A DNA stretch of 57,252 nucleotides. It comes from Rotaria socialis. Its lineage: Eukaryota. Below are positions 1 through 12,482 of the stretch, piece after piece. Within the stretch, counting starts at the first letter, position 1. Every line of letters starts with the position of its first letter. Where the stretch lies: NCBI GenBank assembly GCA_905331295.1, contig CAJNYD010000173.1, forward strand, positions 1 to 57,252. The letters are read 5' to 3'. Position numbers and translations under genes: made by a program. Under the pieces are notes generated by a model that made no database searches, was not told the origin of the DNA, and was given only the letters and a program-made list of their open reading frames with translations.

Positions 1-1122
1 TCTGAGAAAAAAAGTTTTTTTTTGAAAACTCCCTGTACTCCCCCTCAGGGATGGTCTGATCAAAAATGACAATTTTTTCGATAACTCAACCATTTCTTGA
101 CGGATCCTTTTCATCTTCGAACTCGACCTAGATATTGACAAGAGAATTCTGTGCATAAAATTTCAGCTCAATCGAATGTAATTGTGAAGAGTTATCGAAT
201 AAACGGCCGGACACACTGACCGATTCTATAGTGTACTCTTTTTTTTCTCACTTGTATCATTTCATATTCATCAACATGTCGATATGCTAACAGTTCGTTG
301 GCCTACGCAGGGTAAAGACCATGTGATAGAGGATATCGATGGCGACTCAGATCGAACCTGAGACGAACTGAAGTAATTTTTAAAAATTTTTCATAAATTG
401 TACGAAACGCGTTCCTGGTGAAACATTCGAAGCGTTCAGACACGTTTTTATTTCAAAACGTGTTTGTCCTTGATTTTGCAAACAGCCGCGTCTGAGTGAG
501 ATTTTACCTCCAACCGCGTTTAAACGCTTCGTTTGTTTCACTGGGGACGCGTTTAGACGCGTTGCCTTTGTGCGTTTCGCACGCAAATGCAACGTGTTTC
601 AGACGCATTTCGAGGCAAAAAATATTTGCATGAGAAGGGTTTAAATATTTTTATCAATCTATACGACTATTCAATTAATCATTAATATATCGATGATAAA
701 ATGTAACTGATTATTGTCAGCAATAGGATTAATTAATTCATGAACTAAATGAAACGATCCGAGTTTACTGCAAGCGTAAGTTTTTGTTCTCCTTATTTTA
801 TTATGGCTTTCTTCGGTAACAGTTGATTCTTTTTAAACAAATACATTCTTCAGACATAATGTTATGATATAGTGATTCATTTTTCTCTCTTCACCTTTGC
901 TTAATTTTTCCTTTTTTTCTTTTTTTTCTCTTCCTTTTTCTACACGCGGTTTCTACCAACAATATTTGGAAAATTCCAACACATCATATTATTTATATTT
1001 GCAGGCAAGTACCTTTCAGTTTTATTGTTTGTAGTCATTTTTATCCAATGACACAGAAATATTTCGAACTTTTGCATAAACAGTTCACATTGATCCTTTT
1101 TTAGAAAATTTTCTATTCAATA

Positions 1123-2058
1123 ATGACGTTTCCTGCACGCTTTCAAACAGACTCAGACTTGCTAACTGCTGCATTTTCAGCAATTATGGGTTTAGATCTG
1201 AGTACAAATGTTTCCAATTCTGATCATGTAGAGAAGGTTTCTCTGTTTGATCATCATAAAACAACATATTCATATGGTCGCGTTGGTAACACCCATGCTA
1301 CTTCAACAGCGGCAAATCAATGTTTATTATTTATTAAGATGCTGGGTGATGTAACAATTGAATGTGAAGTAAAGACAAATGCTACGATTCAAGAAATTAA
1401 AGCACGCATTTATGAATTGGAAGGAATATCACCTGATAAACAACGTCTTATATTTGGCGGAAAGCAGTTAGAGGACGGTAAAACTATGTCTGAATATGGC
1501 ATGTCCTTGGAACCTACACTTCATCTCGTAGCAAGATTACATGATACCAACCCAGTTATTCTGGATCCATCAACCTTAGATCCAATACATAATTATGACT
1601 TTACGAATATAAACGATGGTCAAAATACATTTATACGAGGTGGTGCGAGATATATTCGTCCTTGTGGGTTCAAACGATTTGCACTCAACGTATCCGATAA
1701 ATTTGAAAATTTGCAATGGCTAGGATGTAATGATAGTGAGGGTGAATGGCCTGTTTCATATCATGGAACTAGTGCTCATAATAATAAAACAATTGCGCAG
1801 GATGGGTATGCTTTAACACAAGAAAGACAATTGGCATTTACTCGTGGCGTCTATTCGACTCCAGATATACAGCTAGCGACAAAATACGCAAAAAGATTTA
1901 CCTATAACAATGAGCAGTATCTAGTTGTCTTTCAAAATCGTGTGAATCCTGCAAATGTAGTAAAATTTAAATCTGTTTCGCCAGGAACTGAAGACTATTG
2001 GGTTAGTCCAAGCGACACAGATGTGCGTCCATATGGTATTTGTATTCGAAAAGTATAA
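1123..2058 (+). CDS. Ubiquitin-like domain + C-terminal ADP-ribosyltransferase-fold (NEURL4/PARP-like, H-Y clade) protein, 311 aa, intronless CDS
   Basis: Residues ~68-140 are ubiquitin-like (LFIKML...[39 protein letters not shown]...TLHLVARL) but lack the terminal GG. The C-terminal part has [25 protein letters not shown] and VRPYGICI motifs typical of NEURL4-like ART folds. Confidence 0.75.
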   Translation: MTFPARFQTDSDLLTAAFSAIMGLDLSTNVSNSDHVEKVSLFDHHKTTYSYGRVGNTHATSTAANQCLLFIKMLGDVTIECEVKTNATIQEIKARIYELEGISPDKQRLIFGGKQLEDGKTMSEYGMSLEPTLHLVARLHDTNPVILDPSTLDPIHNYDFTNINDGQNTFIRGGARYIRPCGFKRFALNVSDKFENLQWLGCNDSEGEWPVSYHGTSAHNNKTIAQDGYALTQERQLAFTRGVYSTPDIQLATKYAKRFTYNNEQYLVVFQNRVNPANVVKFKSVSPGTEDYWVSPSDTDVRPYGICIRKV

Positions 2059-2378
2059 AATGAAACTGTTTATTGGCAAAGAAAAGATGAACGATATGAT
2101 ACTATCTAGTGTAGAATTCAAATCAAATAAATATTGAGTGAGACAATAATACAGAGTCTATGGGGTATTCCATTTCAAACTGAATTCAAAACGAAGAAAG
2201 TCACCTCCAATTTTCAGAACTATCAGGGTTTAGGGAGTCCGAATCAAACACAACACTGTTGTCACCGAATTCACAGAAGCGACCTTCGTCCCGTAATAAA
2301 CTGCCTATATTATTTGCACTTCACAACAAGACAAACCCTAACTAGGCAAAAAAACACTATTTCACTTGAATTCTGAAT

Positions 2379-2432
2379 TGGGGTGCGGGGGTTTGTATAG
2401 CGACGAGGCGCACCCACACCCTCACACCCTCA
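2379..2432. repeat. Telomere-like inverted site A: GGGGTGCGGGGG-spacer-CACCCACACCCTCACACCCTCA
   Basis: G-rich arm, ~20-nt unique spacer, C-rich arm; read directly. Confidence 0.7.
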
Positions 2433-3749
2433 AGATATTCATTGTTTAGTTTATTTGAAAAATACAATATAAATTCTTTTCATTTAAAAAGAGCAAAAAC
2501 AAATGCCGTGAACATGAGCCATGGAATTTGATTAATTAAATCTGACAATATGACTATTATAAAAGCCACCATCAACAAATAAGGAATCAGTTTGTCGGTA
2601 ACACTTTTTAATGCGGTGTGAAGCACACTGTTCATGTAGTTCGTCGCGAGTTTTCTTTTTTACTTACTCGACGTATGTATCTAACAAGTCACTTTGTGAG
2701 CTGATGATCTCGACATTCGAGAAGCTGCAATTTTTTGAAAAGAGCTAACTTCGAGATAATTAAAATGAATATTCCAAGAAAAGATAGGCGCGAATCTTTT
2801 TTTCTTCAATATAAAACACTGTGAACGCAGCTGATTATAGATAATGACTAATCTATCATGTCTGACTTTTTCAATTGCTTTTTTTTGTTGAAAATAGCTC
2901 TTTCAGGAAAACGTGATTTTTGGATTTCTGCGAACCAAAAAAGCTTATTTGTCTAAAGCGATAATATCGTTTTGAGTTCAAAAATAGATCAAACCTATGT
3001 TACAAGTAATTATTTCAACGATTTTAGTTTTATAAAGTTTTGTGGCATAATAAAAATATCAAATAATGATTGGTGTGATAAGTAGGCATATGTATTGTTA
3101 TGAATCGTCAATCTTCTTTTATAAATTACAACAAATTTTCTCTTTATATGAAAGCGTTTCTATGAAAAAAGAACCTGAGATCAATCACTTAATATCTATC
3201 TCTCATATTTATAGCCAATAACGAAAGATTTCAGTAGTCAGTTTACGTGCTTACACTTATTAAGATATTTTTCTTTTATCTTGGCTGATCAAACTTCAGC
3301 AATCTCAAGACATGTACTAATTATTGAATTAGTTCTGTGAAAAGATGAACCGAATGCTACATAAGATAAAGAATTTCAAAAGCTTTAATTTATCTAACCT
3401 AAAAAAATTTCAAATAATATCATGCCATTCTAAAAGGATTTATTACACTTATAAATGATCTAAACTTGGCTTAGTGGTGACTAATCAATGATATGTAAAA
3501 TCTTCTTCGACAAATACATATTGTAAAACGAAGATCATGTCGTGTTCTCAAATAACAAGAACTTTGATATGAGATGTTCTCATATTTCGTCCTTAACGAG
3601 CATCTAGCAAATAAGTGAACCCACAAGGTTTTGAGGAAACTTTTTTCATTTCACGATAGAATGCTCTCTTAGCTACATATCTTGTGAAGAAATTCATTGA
3701 TTTTCCTGATCCATTCGCCCTCACTGCCTTGACGTGTTAAAATTAATGA

Positions 3750-3837
3750 AGGGTATGGGTGTGGATCTCTTGATTGCGACATTCATACCCCACACACGAA
3801 CAATGGAAACATTCACACGTGCGCATTCATACCCTCA
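3750..3837. repeat. Telomere-like inverted site B (degenerate): GGGTATGGGTGTGG...ATACCCCACACAC...CATACCCTCA
   Basis: Degenerate G-rich then C-rich arms; read directly. Confidence 0.55.
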
Positions 3838-4054
3838 TTTTACTGTCAAGTGCTCTTGCTTAATAGAATTCGAAATTATTTCTGATTTCTGATTTCTATC
3901 AGTTCAAAGTTAAACTCAGTCTCCACCGCATCAGTTGCTTATGTGAACGATATAATCTCCAATAAAATATTCTAGTTCTTTCTAAGTCAGATATATTGAA
4001 AGTCACTTTAAAATTCAACTTCTGAAAAGAGTTTATCGTCACTAATACTATCCA

Positions 4055-6125
4055 TTAAAAGTCAATCACTAATTTGGCGTTTTTCTTCGCAGTTTCCATC
4101 ATATGTTGTGTGGCTTCATCGATTCCATTGTTGCTGAGTGAGAGTGCGGTGAGTGTCTGTGAGAAAAAAACGTAGAGAAAATACAAAAGATGAAGAGAGC
4201 AGGATATTCACTGTGTTATTTTGTAAAGCATCAGCAAGATATTGGGCCCCTTCATTTCCGATTTTACATCCATATAAGTAGAGTTGACTGAGTGTCTGTA
4301 TGAAAAAGCAAAAATGGATATGATAAAGATGAAAAGAGGCAGATATTCACTGTGTTTTCCCGTAATGCATCAGCGAGATATTGGGCTCCTTCGCTTCCGA
4401 TTTCATTTCCATAGAGATTGAGATCAATAAGCGCCTGTTTGAAAAAAGGGACGAGACAAATGCGAGAGATAAACAAAGAAAAATGTTTACAGTGTTACGT
4501 CTTAAAGCATCAGCTAGTTGTTGAGTCCCTGTGGCTACGATCGAATTATATGAGAGGTCGAGCGTGGTTAAAGTCTGTGTGAAAAAGTAAACATGAAAAT
4601 GATAAAGATAGAAAAAGGAAAGTAGTTCACCTTGCTATTCCGTAAAATATCAGCTAGACCTTGAACCGCTTTGTCTCCGAGTAAATCATACGATAGATCA
4701 AGTTGGGCGAGGGTCTGGATGAAATGGTGAAGATGTAAATGAGAGGCACGAAGAGAGAACGTTGTTCACCTTATTATTTCGTAAAGCATCAACTACATGC
4801 TGAGCTCCTTCGACTCCAATTCGATTGGCACGAAGGTGAAAATTTGTGAGCGTCTATGTGACAAAAAAACGATGATAAACATGAAAGATATGAATGAAGA
4901 GAAAGGTTAACTGTATTATTGCGTAAAGCATTAGCCAGGTCTTGAGCTCGTCCTTCGCTTTCGATTTCGTTTTTCCAGAGATCGAGTTCGCTGAGTGTCT
5001 GTTAGAGGACAAGAAAATGGAAATGCGAAAGATAAAGAAATAAAGTCTTCTACAGTGTTATTTCGTATAATATTAGCTATATCTTCAGCCGCTTTATCGC
5101 CGATATCTACACCGCCGATTATCAGTGTTTCAAGTGTCTGTGTGATCAAATCAAGATATAAACGAGAAAAACGAAAAGAAAAGGAGACTTGCCGTATTAT
5201 TTCGCAAAGCATCGGTTAGAGACTGAACACCTTCGTCTTCAATTGTATTGCTCACGAAGCTGAGCCTGGTAAGTGTCTATTTGGAAAAATGAAGATAGAA
5301 ATAAGAGAAAGGAAGAGACAAGGAGACCTACAGTGTTATTTCGTAGAGCGTCAGCCAAATGTTGAGCGCCTTCGTTCTGAAATTCACTGTTTGTGAGTTT
5401 AAGTGTAGTGAGTGCCTACAAGAAAAGCAAAGATGGAAATGTGAATAATGAAGAAAACAAGAGGTTCACTTTGTTATTTCGTAAAATTTGAAACAGATGT
5501 TGGGCCACTTTGTCTCCGATTTCCATACCACTGAGCTGGAGTGTGCTAAGTGTCTGCATAATAGAGTGAAAGATAGGAATGAGAAAGATGAAGAGAAGAA
5601 GAGGTCTACCGTGTTATTTTGTAAAGTATCAGCCAGATATTGAACATTTTCTGCACCGATTTCATTGCCACTGAAGCTGAATGTGGCGAGCGTCTGTATG
5701 AACAAGTAAAAACATAAGTTGGAGGTATAAAGATGGGAAGAGATTCACTGTATTGTTTTGTAAAGCGTCAATCAAATGCTTCATCCCTGCATCTCTCATT
5801 GTATTACCAGAGAGACCGAGTTCGGTGAGCGTCTGTATGAAAATATTAAGATAGGTAATATAGCTAATTATATGAGAAGTATGAAGGAAAAAATTAATTC
5901 ACTGTGTTATTTCCTAAAGCGTCAGCTAGGTGTTTTGCCGCTTCGTCCGTGATTGTATTGTACATCAGGTTAATTTTGCTGAGTTTCTGTTTGAAAAAGT
6001 GAAGAGAGATATGAGAATTATGAAGAGAAGAAGAGATTCACTCTGTTATTTTGAAAAGCATCAGCAAGGTGTTTACCAGCGTCGTTGCCTATTTGACTTG
6101 ACATGAGTGTGACGTCGATGAGTAT
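4055..6125 (-). CDS. RI-like (NLRC3/LRR_6-type) leucine-rich-repeat protein, one 28-aa LRR per exon; 5' end unresolved (possible first exon ~6176-6303)
   Basis: Phase-0 exons 6042-6125, 5903-5986, 5749-5832, 5610-5693, 5470-5553, 5332-5415, 5193-5276, 5054-5137, 4912-4998 (87 nt), 4770-4853, 4631-4714, 4491-4574, 4351-4434, 4212-4295, plus terminal exon 4055-4156 ending in TAA. Each reads TLxxLxLxxNxIGxxGAxxLAxALxNNT with no stops. All introns are GT-AG except one GC-AG. Confidence 0.88.
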
Positions 6126-6850
6126 CTGTGTGAAAAAGTAAATATAGAAATGTGAGAAATGCATATAGGTAACACTTGGGTAATGATGAAACAAAGGAGC
6201 TGGCAATGGTACAATGCGCTGAATGGACAACAACTCTTGTGTAGGCGTGGAGTATTTTCGTCTTCGTGAGTTTTCATATACTGAACTATCATGGAAAGTA
6301 TCATTTTTGGCCAACTGATTGCCCACAAAACATAAAGCAATGCCTATTAAATTTCTGACCTGTATCTAATGTGGATTTTTTCTGCAAAATTTCTTTCAAC
6401 TAGTTAAAAATAGCTTTTAAAAGAGTTTTTGATGAATGAAATTGAAACGAACATAAAAAGTTATTCAATCTTCGCATAGCCTCAAAATACGAAGGCATTT
6501 TTATCTTACTTTTAAAATTCTAGATAAATGTTTTAAATTGTGGTCATAATTCAAAGAAGATTTTGTATGCATATATACCTCCAGTGTTGCCGATGCCAAA
6601 ACTCACTGCGTGGCAAGAATGAATTTAGTTGTGATTTATGTTATGCTAACTAACACGTACAGTTACTAAGTTATCTTCCTGTCAGATTCTTATTAGAATA
6701 TTGGTCTTATTGACTAAAAACAGTTGACTAAATCCTAGTCCCATGGTTCAAAAACATTCACTGTAACGCGTATCAAAAATGACATTACAAGATAGTAGGT
6801 CATACAGATGTGTTAAATTTTATATTTTCTTCTTCTCAATATTCAAAATT

Positions 6851-7087
6851 TATTCGCTTACTTCGCTATTTTGTAGTTTATTGGCAGCAATAATCATGTC
6901 TTGTTCAGATAATTCTAACAATATCAATTCCGGCGAATCACCATTTTCAGCAAAAATCTGGTCAACGTCGACTTTGGGACATTCTGAGTTATCCTTTGAT
7001 TCTTGTTCTTGCTCTAAAATGCGCACATGTTTAAGAAATCCTTTGTGTAAGAAACAACGAGGAGGAAGAGATAAACTAATTGTTTCT
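6851..7087 (-). other. Possible terminal coding exon or relic of an unidentified gene (..SLPPRCFLHKGFLKHVRILEQEQESKDNSECPKVDVDQIFAENGDSPELILLELSEQDMIIAANKLQNSEVSE*)
   Basis: Open, protein-like acidic frame after a TTTGCCAG acceptor; upstream exons could not be assembled. Confidence 0.3.
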
Positions 7088-9143
7088 CTGGCAAATGTAT
7101 ATATGATCGATTATAAGTTCTTAAAAAATAGACTCCAATAAATCCATAGCTTTCGTTTGACAAACGTTTCAGAAAGTGCGTTAGATAAGTCTTTGCATAT
7201 TAGAGAAAGACCAAGCATTCAACTCTACACTCAGCAATACAATGTTGCTTCTCAATAATACGTCTAATACGTGAAATGGTTACTCAAACTGTATGTACAT
7301 ATGACTTTCACTTCTGTGACGCCCACTAAAGTATACCTGAAGACATTTCTTGGGACACAAATTTTGATATCTGAAAAATGCATATTTATACGTATATATA
7401 ATATGAAATTGATTAGTTCTCGTCGTTCCCAATAATCAGGAATAATTTGACACAAGATGAAGACCGAGGAAATGATTATAAACTGAATCTGAAATGAACA
7501 AAGAATTCACAAACAATCATCCACAAGTATCATACAATAAAAAACAAAAAGAACTAGAAGAACTAGAAGAAAATCACAGTATCTCTGTCACGCCCATGCT
7601 TAGATGCAGACTAAATCAGGAGCAACATAAACGACTGCGAAGGAAACATTAAAGATTCGTAAATATTTGTATTGAAGCGGTAATTGTTGCATACAAGCAT
7701 TTGATCATCACCATGCTAGTTTATATGCCCATAACAGAGGTATGAGCACCAGTACTCTGGTTTTCAGAAGTTAATGTACAATTGAAAATGAAAGGAGGGT
7801 AACCATTTTGCTTTTTATAAAAGAAAAGGATGAGGATGTATAAAATCCTACTTTTGTTCAATGAAATTTTCTCTCATATTATCTAATGAAACCAAATATA
7901 AATTAAAAGAGGGTAATTTCGTGAGTATTTTGATACTAACGTAAGTTCAAGCCATATTTACCAACATTTTCGAATATAGCATCATTTAACAACTGAACGA
8001 TGTCGCTGCATATCTAGGCATATTGTGGTCTATTTTCGTCACGCAATGAGAATATCATAAAATGTTAGACCGCGTGCGATAGTTCTTTCCATCTGGTACA
8101 AAACCATCTTAACAGTGAAATGAAAAAACATGGCCACATAGTGGAAAACATGGGTAAACTCTCTATATAACATGACTTATTACTGTATTATATATGTATC
8201 AGTATCCGAAACTGTGGTTCATCATTTGATACAACTAAGACTGCTGCTTCTATTCATTTGTATTATCGAATGTATCTGATACCGAGCGTAAGTCGTTCAG
8301 ACAAAGCTCATTGACAACCTATCAGATGTCTGCACTAGTATATTGACACTAAATAAGGCATACGAGTTAAATATTTTACCATGTATAGAGCTGTACTGAA
8401 TTTACTTTTTACGTAGATAACAGCCATGATAAAAAAAAGGAGTAACACTTTTTTAAACCGTTTTTGCAGAGACTCATGCAAATGTTGTTTATATAGCATA
8501 TGTAAAAAATGACAAGATCAGTAATTATCGGTGGAACACAGATGTTTGTGACTTAAGCGGATAGGAGCCCAAAATGTTGTATACGAAACATTTCTTGGGC
8601 TATGAAGTTGAAATAGTTTTCGCACAGAATTATTTTGTGAAACTTCTCAATCGATGCTTTTCTTTATACAACATGAGATTGGAAACAATGATGAATGCAC
8701 ATTCACATGAAAAATAAAAACGTTGAATCGATATTTACCTGCGCCATTTACTCTCGTGGCAACTGTATGTGTTTCGATAGTGATTTATTCAGGTATTTAT
8801 ACCTGGAGCTCGTCAGTCACTCAAGTTGCACAACATGCTCACAATATTTTACTTTGCTATCGTCAAAACAGGGCAAATATTTATAATTTATTTTTCTTGT
8901 TATTTTCTTTCGCTTTCTGTTTTTGACGATGAAAACAAGTTTCATTCAATTTGCTAAATTAAGACCAACAAATAGATGAAGCGACCATCGTTTGATATTC
9001 TGTGAACTTGATAAATTCCATGCAATAGTGAGATCATTATTGTGATCATAAAGCAGAGCCCACGACGTTAATCCATGATATAGAAGAAGCACAGCCTAGA
9101 AAATAATGTAAAACGCTATTTATGACTACTGTATACTTGAAAT

Positions 9144-9516
9144 ATAGGGTGTTGGGCATAGTTTTCGCTAGTGAATACATATTCAATATTATGATTTGAA
9201 ACCATCTAAATAATCAAAAATCATGGCATAAAGATTTTAAAATAGATAGACAATATGTTACACGAGAGCTTAGAAAGCGATAAAATACCTTTGGTATAGA
9301 CTCGTTTCAACACATTTCCCCTCATAATACAAAAAACAGCCCAATTTTTACAACTAAAGATTTTACCACTCAGTTCTACTGTTGAGAAGTGATGGTTATT
9401 TTATGGACTTCATCTTATATGAAGAATCGCAACCAGATCATTTTGAATATTTGGGTCTCATCTTTTATGGCTTATTCATAACCAGAGAACGTTACCTGCA
9501 ACAAAGAACACCCTGT
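9144..9516. mobile_element. Degenerate Tc1/mariner-like MITE
   Basis: Short inverted ends TATAGGGTGTT ... AACACCCTGT resembling CAGGGTG-type termini; non-coding interior. Confidence 0.35.
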
Positions 9517-10969
9517 CCTTAATAGAAGCCAGAAAATAACTCATCTAGTTGACCATAGTATTTTGTTTATTTGCCAAATATCAATTACTGTCCCTCTTAT
9601 CGATGCTTTCTTTCACTCTAACTTCACTAACAGGTGAATACATATATTTACATTTCACGGTTGTTTTGCTTATTCATCACAAAAAAACCATTACTTCGAG
9701 CGAAGGCCATCACGTTCTGAAGGGAAAAAAGTATCGAATACTACAATATTAAGAAGGCCGGCTACGAATTATCAAAGAAACACATCATACTAGATCCGCA
9801 CGACGAATATTTTTCTTGGTGCGACTTTACAAAATCGATAATAAGCAAAAAACTATTACGTGTTTGATGAAAAAAAGCAAGAAATATCATCCTTTGTAAT
9901 AAAAAGGTCAATTTTTTCACGCATGCCAATACAAGAAATATTATTAATTGATATTTCGGTTTTGTTGAAATAATTGTAGTTCCGTGACACCATTAACTGT
10001 TTTTGATGCGATTCAAATGAAAAAGAAAGTCATTTTCTATAATGAAACGATCGTTATATTTAATATATTTTAAAGCAATGTTTGATATTTGACATTTTTA
10101 TGTTCTCAAAATTATATCTCCACGAGAGTCAATATGTGAAACTGATTACAGACCAAAATTGTTACTTTTTTATGATCTAAGACATTTCTAGAGTTTTTAA
10201 CTGGAGTTTTCGAAAGCCATACTAGCTCTGATAAGTTTATAAAATCTGTATCCATTTTTAATTAAAAATAATTGACATATTTAAGTTGATGAGATATGTT
10301 ATGAAAAAAGTAGGATAGAGAATGTTGTTTTACAATCGATTAAATATAGAATTCTTGTATTTACAAAGGTTTCTTTTAAATTTTTAACCAGGGAATCTTC
10401 GATCTTACACGAACACTTTCAAGTATAAACCATGACTTTCATCCATTTTACTTCAATTGAAGATCTTCACTATGCATCGCTCAATTCAATATATACGTAT
10501 TGTACAGAAAAGAGTTTTGCGAACTATAAAACAGTAAGTTTTGAAAAATATTGAATTTTCGAGTTGGTATGAATGGACAAATCTAGAATACTAAACTATT
10601 CAGTTAGTATCACTTATTCAATATATGCTAAAATTCACATGTTAGAGAACGTCGATAACTCATAGTTTGCGATTGAAATACGATAGCCATCTGTAGTTTT
10701 TACTAATAGAATAAAGAAATTGTCATAAGAACTAGTTAACTCAGTATATACTATTTATTTTGATATAATTCTTTTTTTATTATAAGCATGAATTAGCACT
10801 ATGATTATGACAGTTCTAACGAAACAGTACAATGAATGAGTAAGAAATGGCTGGAAAAAAACAAACAAGTAAAACAGGGAAAAGAGCGAAAAACGTTTAT
10901 TCTCTGCCTCTCTCTTATACTTTTTCTTTTCTTTTTGTTATTGTAAACTTGGAAATGTATTTTTTCGAA

Positions 10970-10986
10970 GGGTGGGTGTGGGTGTG
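10970..10986. repeat. One-sided telomere-like tract C (GGGTGGGTGTGGGTGTG)
   Basis: Direct reading; no clear C-rich partner. Confidence 0.55.
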
Positions 10987-12427
10987 AATGAATAGATGTA
11001 TTTCGAACACATAATGCGAAAAAAAACTAGTTCATCATTGATTGTTGAAGATGATTGCAGATATTCATACCGCTGGATAGTTGTTGCAAAAATTTCACTA
11101 TTGAAATTTTTTTATTAAACAACCAAGAACGGATGTAGCAATGTTCAACAGAATTGATACCGATAGAGTTTTTTAATGCTCTACTCTTTGTTAAAATTTA
11201 ATTCATATATTGAGAAATTCAAAGTTTTGCAAGTTGCAAGATTTTGTTTTACAGATATTTGATTTTTCGCTTTTCCTCCTTGTCAGATTTGTCCTGAACA
11301 CTTGTACGATACTATAGAGAAATTTACCAAATATCAAACATCACCATCTTTTTCATTTTTCACGTTCTTTCTTTTGAAGAGCATCTTTCATAAAATATTG
11401 TTCACAGACTCGCTTGAGTCCTTCATGTACCGTCTTCCATTCTATAACAACTTATCACCCCACTGAAACGTGATGAATTTTCAGTCATATCACATCTCCG
11501 GGCACGATAACAAAATGCAAACGAGCGTTTTATAAATTAATGATAACTTCGGTCATTTGAAAAGCTGATAGCAATACCCAATTCTATAGGGACGACCTCA
11601 TATACCATAAATAATGTATCAAAAATGCCTTAGTTTCAACGTTCAAGCCTAGCAATAGAAACGATCACTCACGAAAAAAATTCCGTCACGCCTACAGTAA
11701 AACCTCTCGTTCCGGCCTCATTCTCATTCTTTCAGATACCGCCCATTAAATAGTAGTACGACGTTAGACATAATAATCGTATATTCAAAAAAAGTTGTGC
11801 ACCGCACGCTACCCGCCATGAATTGTCAACAGCATTTTTCACACAAAGCCTAGCTTTATTCTCATTGATTTCTATATTCTCTGATTTGGGACTCACATGC
11901 AATTTAAGTAGAATTATTCGTGCTGTGTAGATGAAATGCATTTTTGACCTGAACTACATTTTTCCGCTCAAATTATTCCTTTATTGCACCGATCAATTCT
12001 TTGTCTAATCCTTTGATGATAACATGGAAACAAACGTTGGTATAAAGAAAAACAGAAAAAATTGACAACTTTAATATAATTCTTCTCGTAAAGTTCATGG
12101 AAATCGATATTGAAACAAATATTTTTTTTGTGTGGCTGAAAATAAATCCTGTAGTGAATTCGATAGATGTTGTCTGCATATTGACGCTTTATTTTTGTAG
12201 AGAACTTCAAAAACAAGGTACGTTTTGAAAAGCCAGGCATCTGAATAGAAACATGCAATACGCGCAAAATCTGTTAGAAAAGTATCATTCGATTGTTTAA
12301 AAACTTATGTCTTCAAGATCACACAAAAATCTAAATACAATTTTGTATTCTGATGTTTTGATTTTGAAAATTTTGACTTAAAACTAATAAAACTGACTGC
12401 ATTAAAAAGTATACTCAATACTAAAAA

Positions 12428-12482
12428 GTGTGTGTGGGTGTGGGTGTGGCTTAAGAGAGGACCCACGCCCACATCCACCCTC
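12428..12482. repeat. Telomere-like inverted site D: GTGTGTGTGGGTGTGGGTGTGG-CTTAAGAGAGG-ACCCACGCCCACATCCACCCTC
   Basis: Direct reading; abuts the 5' end of the TPR fragment. Confidence 0.8.

Noticed and set aside
380..592. 70-aa ORF with repeated TRLNA motifs
   Set aside because: By-product of the DNA subrepeats; no ATG start and no domain.
4212..6125. Regular ~140-bp periodicity resembling a CRISPR array or satellite
   Set aside because: Explained by LRR exon+intron units with splice sites and an open reading frame; there are no identical repeats and the DNA is eukaryotic.
6779..7141. 120-aa plus-strand ORF
   Set aside because: Looks like the antisense shadow of a more protein-like minus-strand frame.
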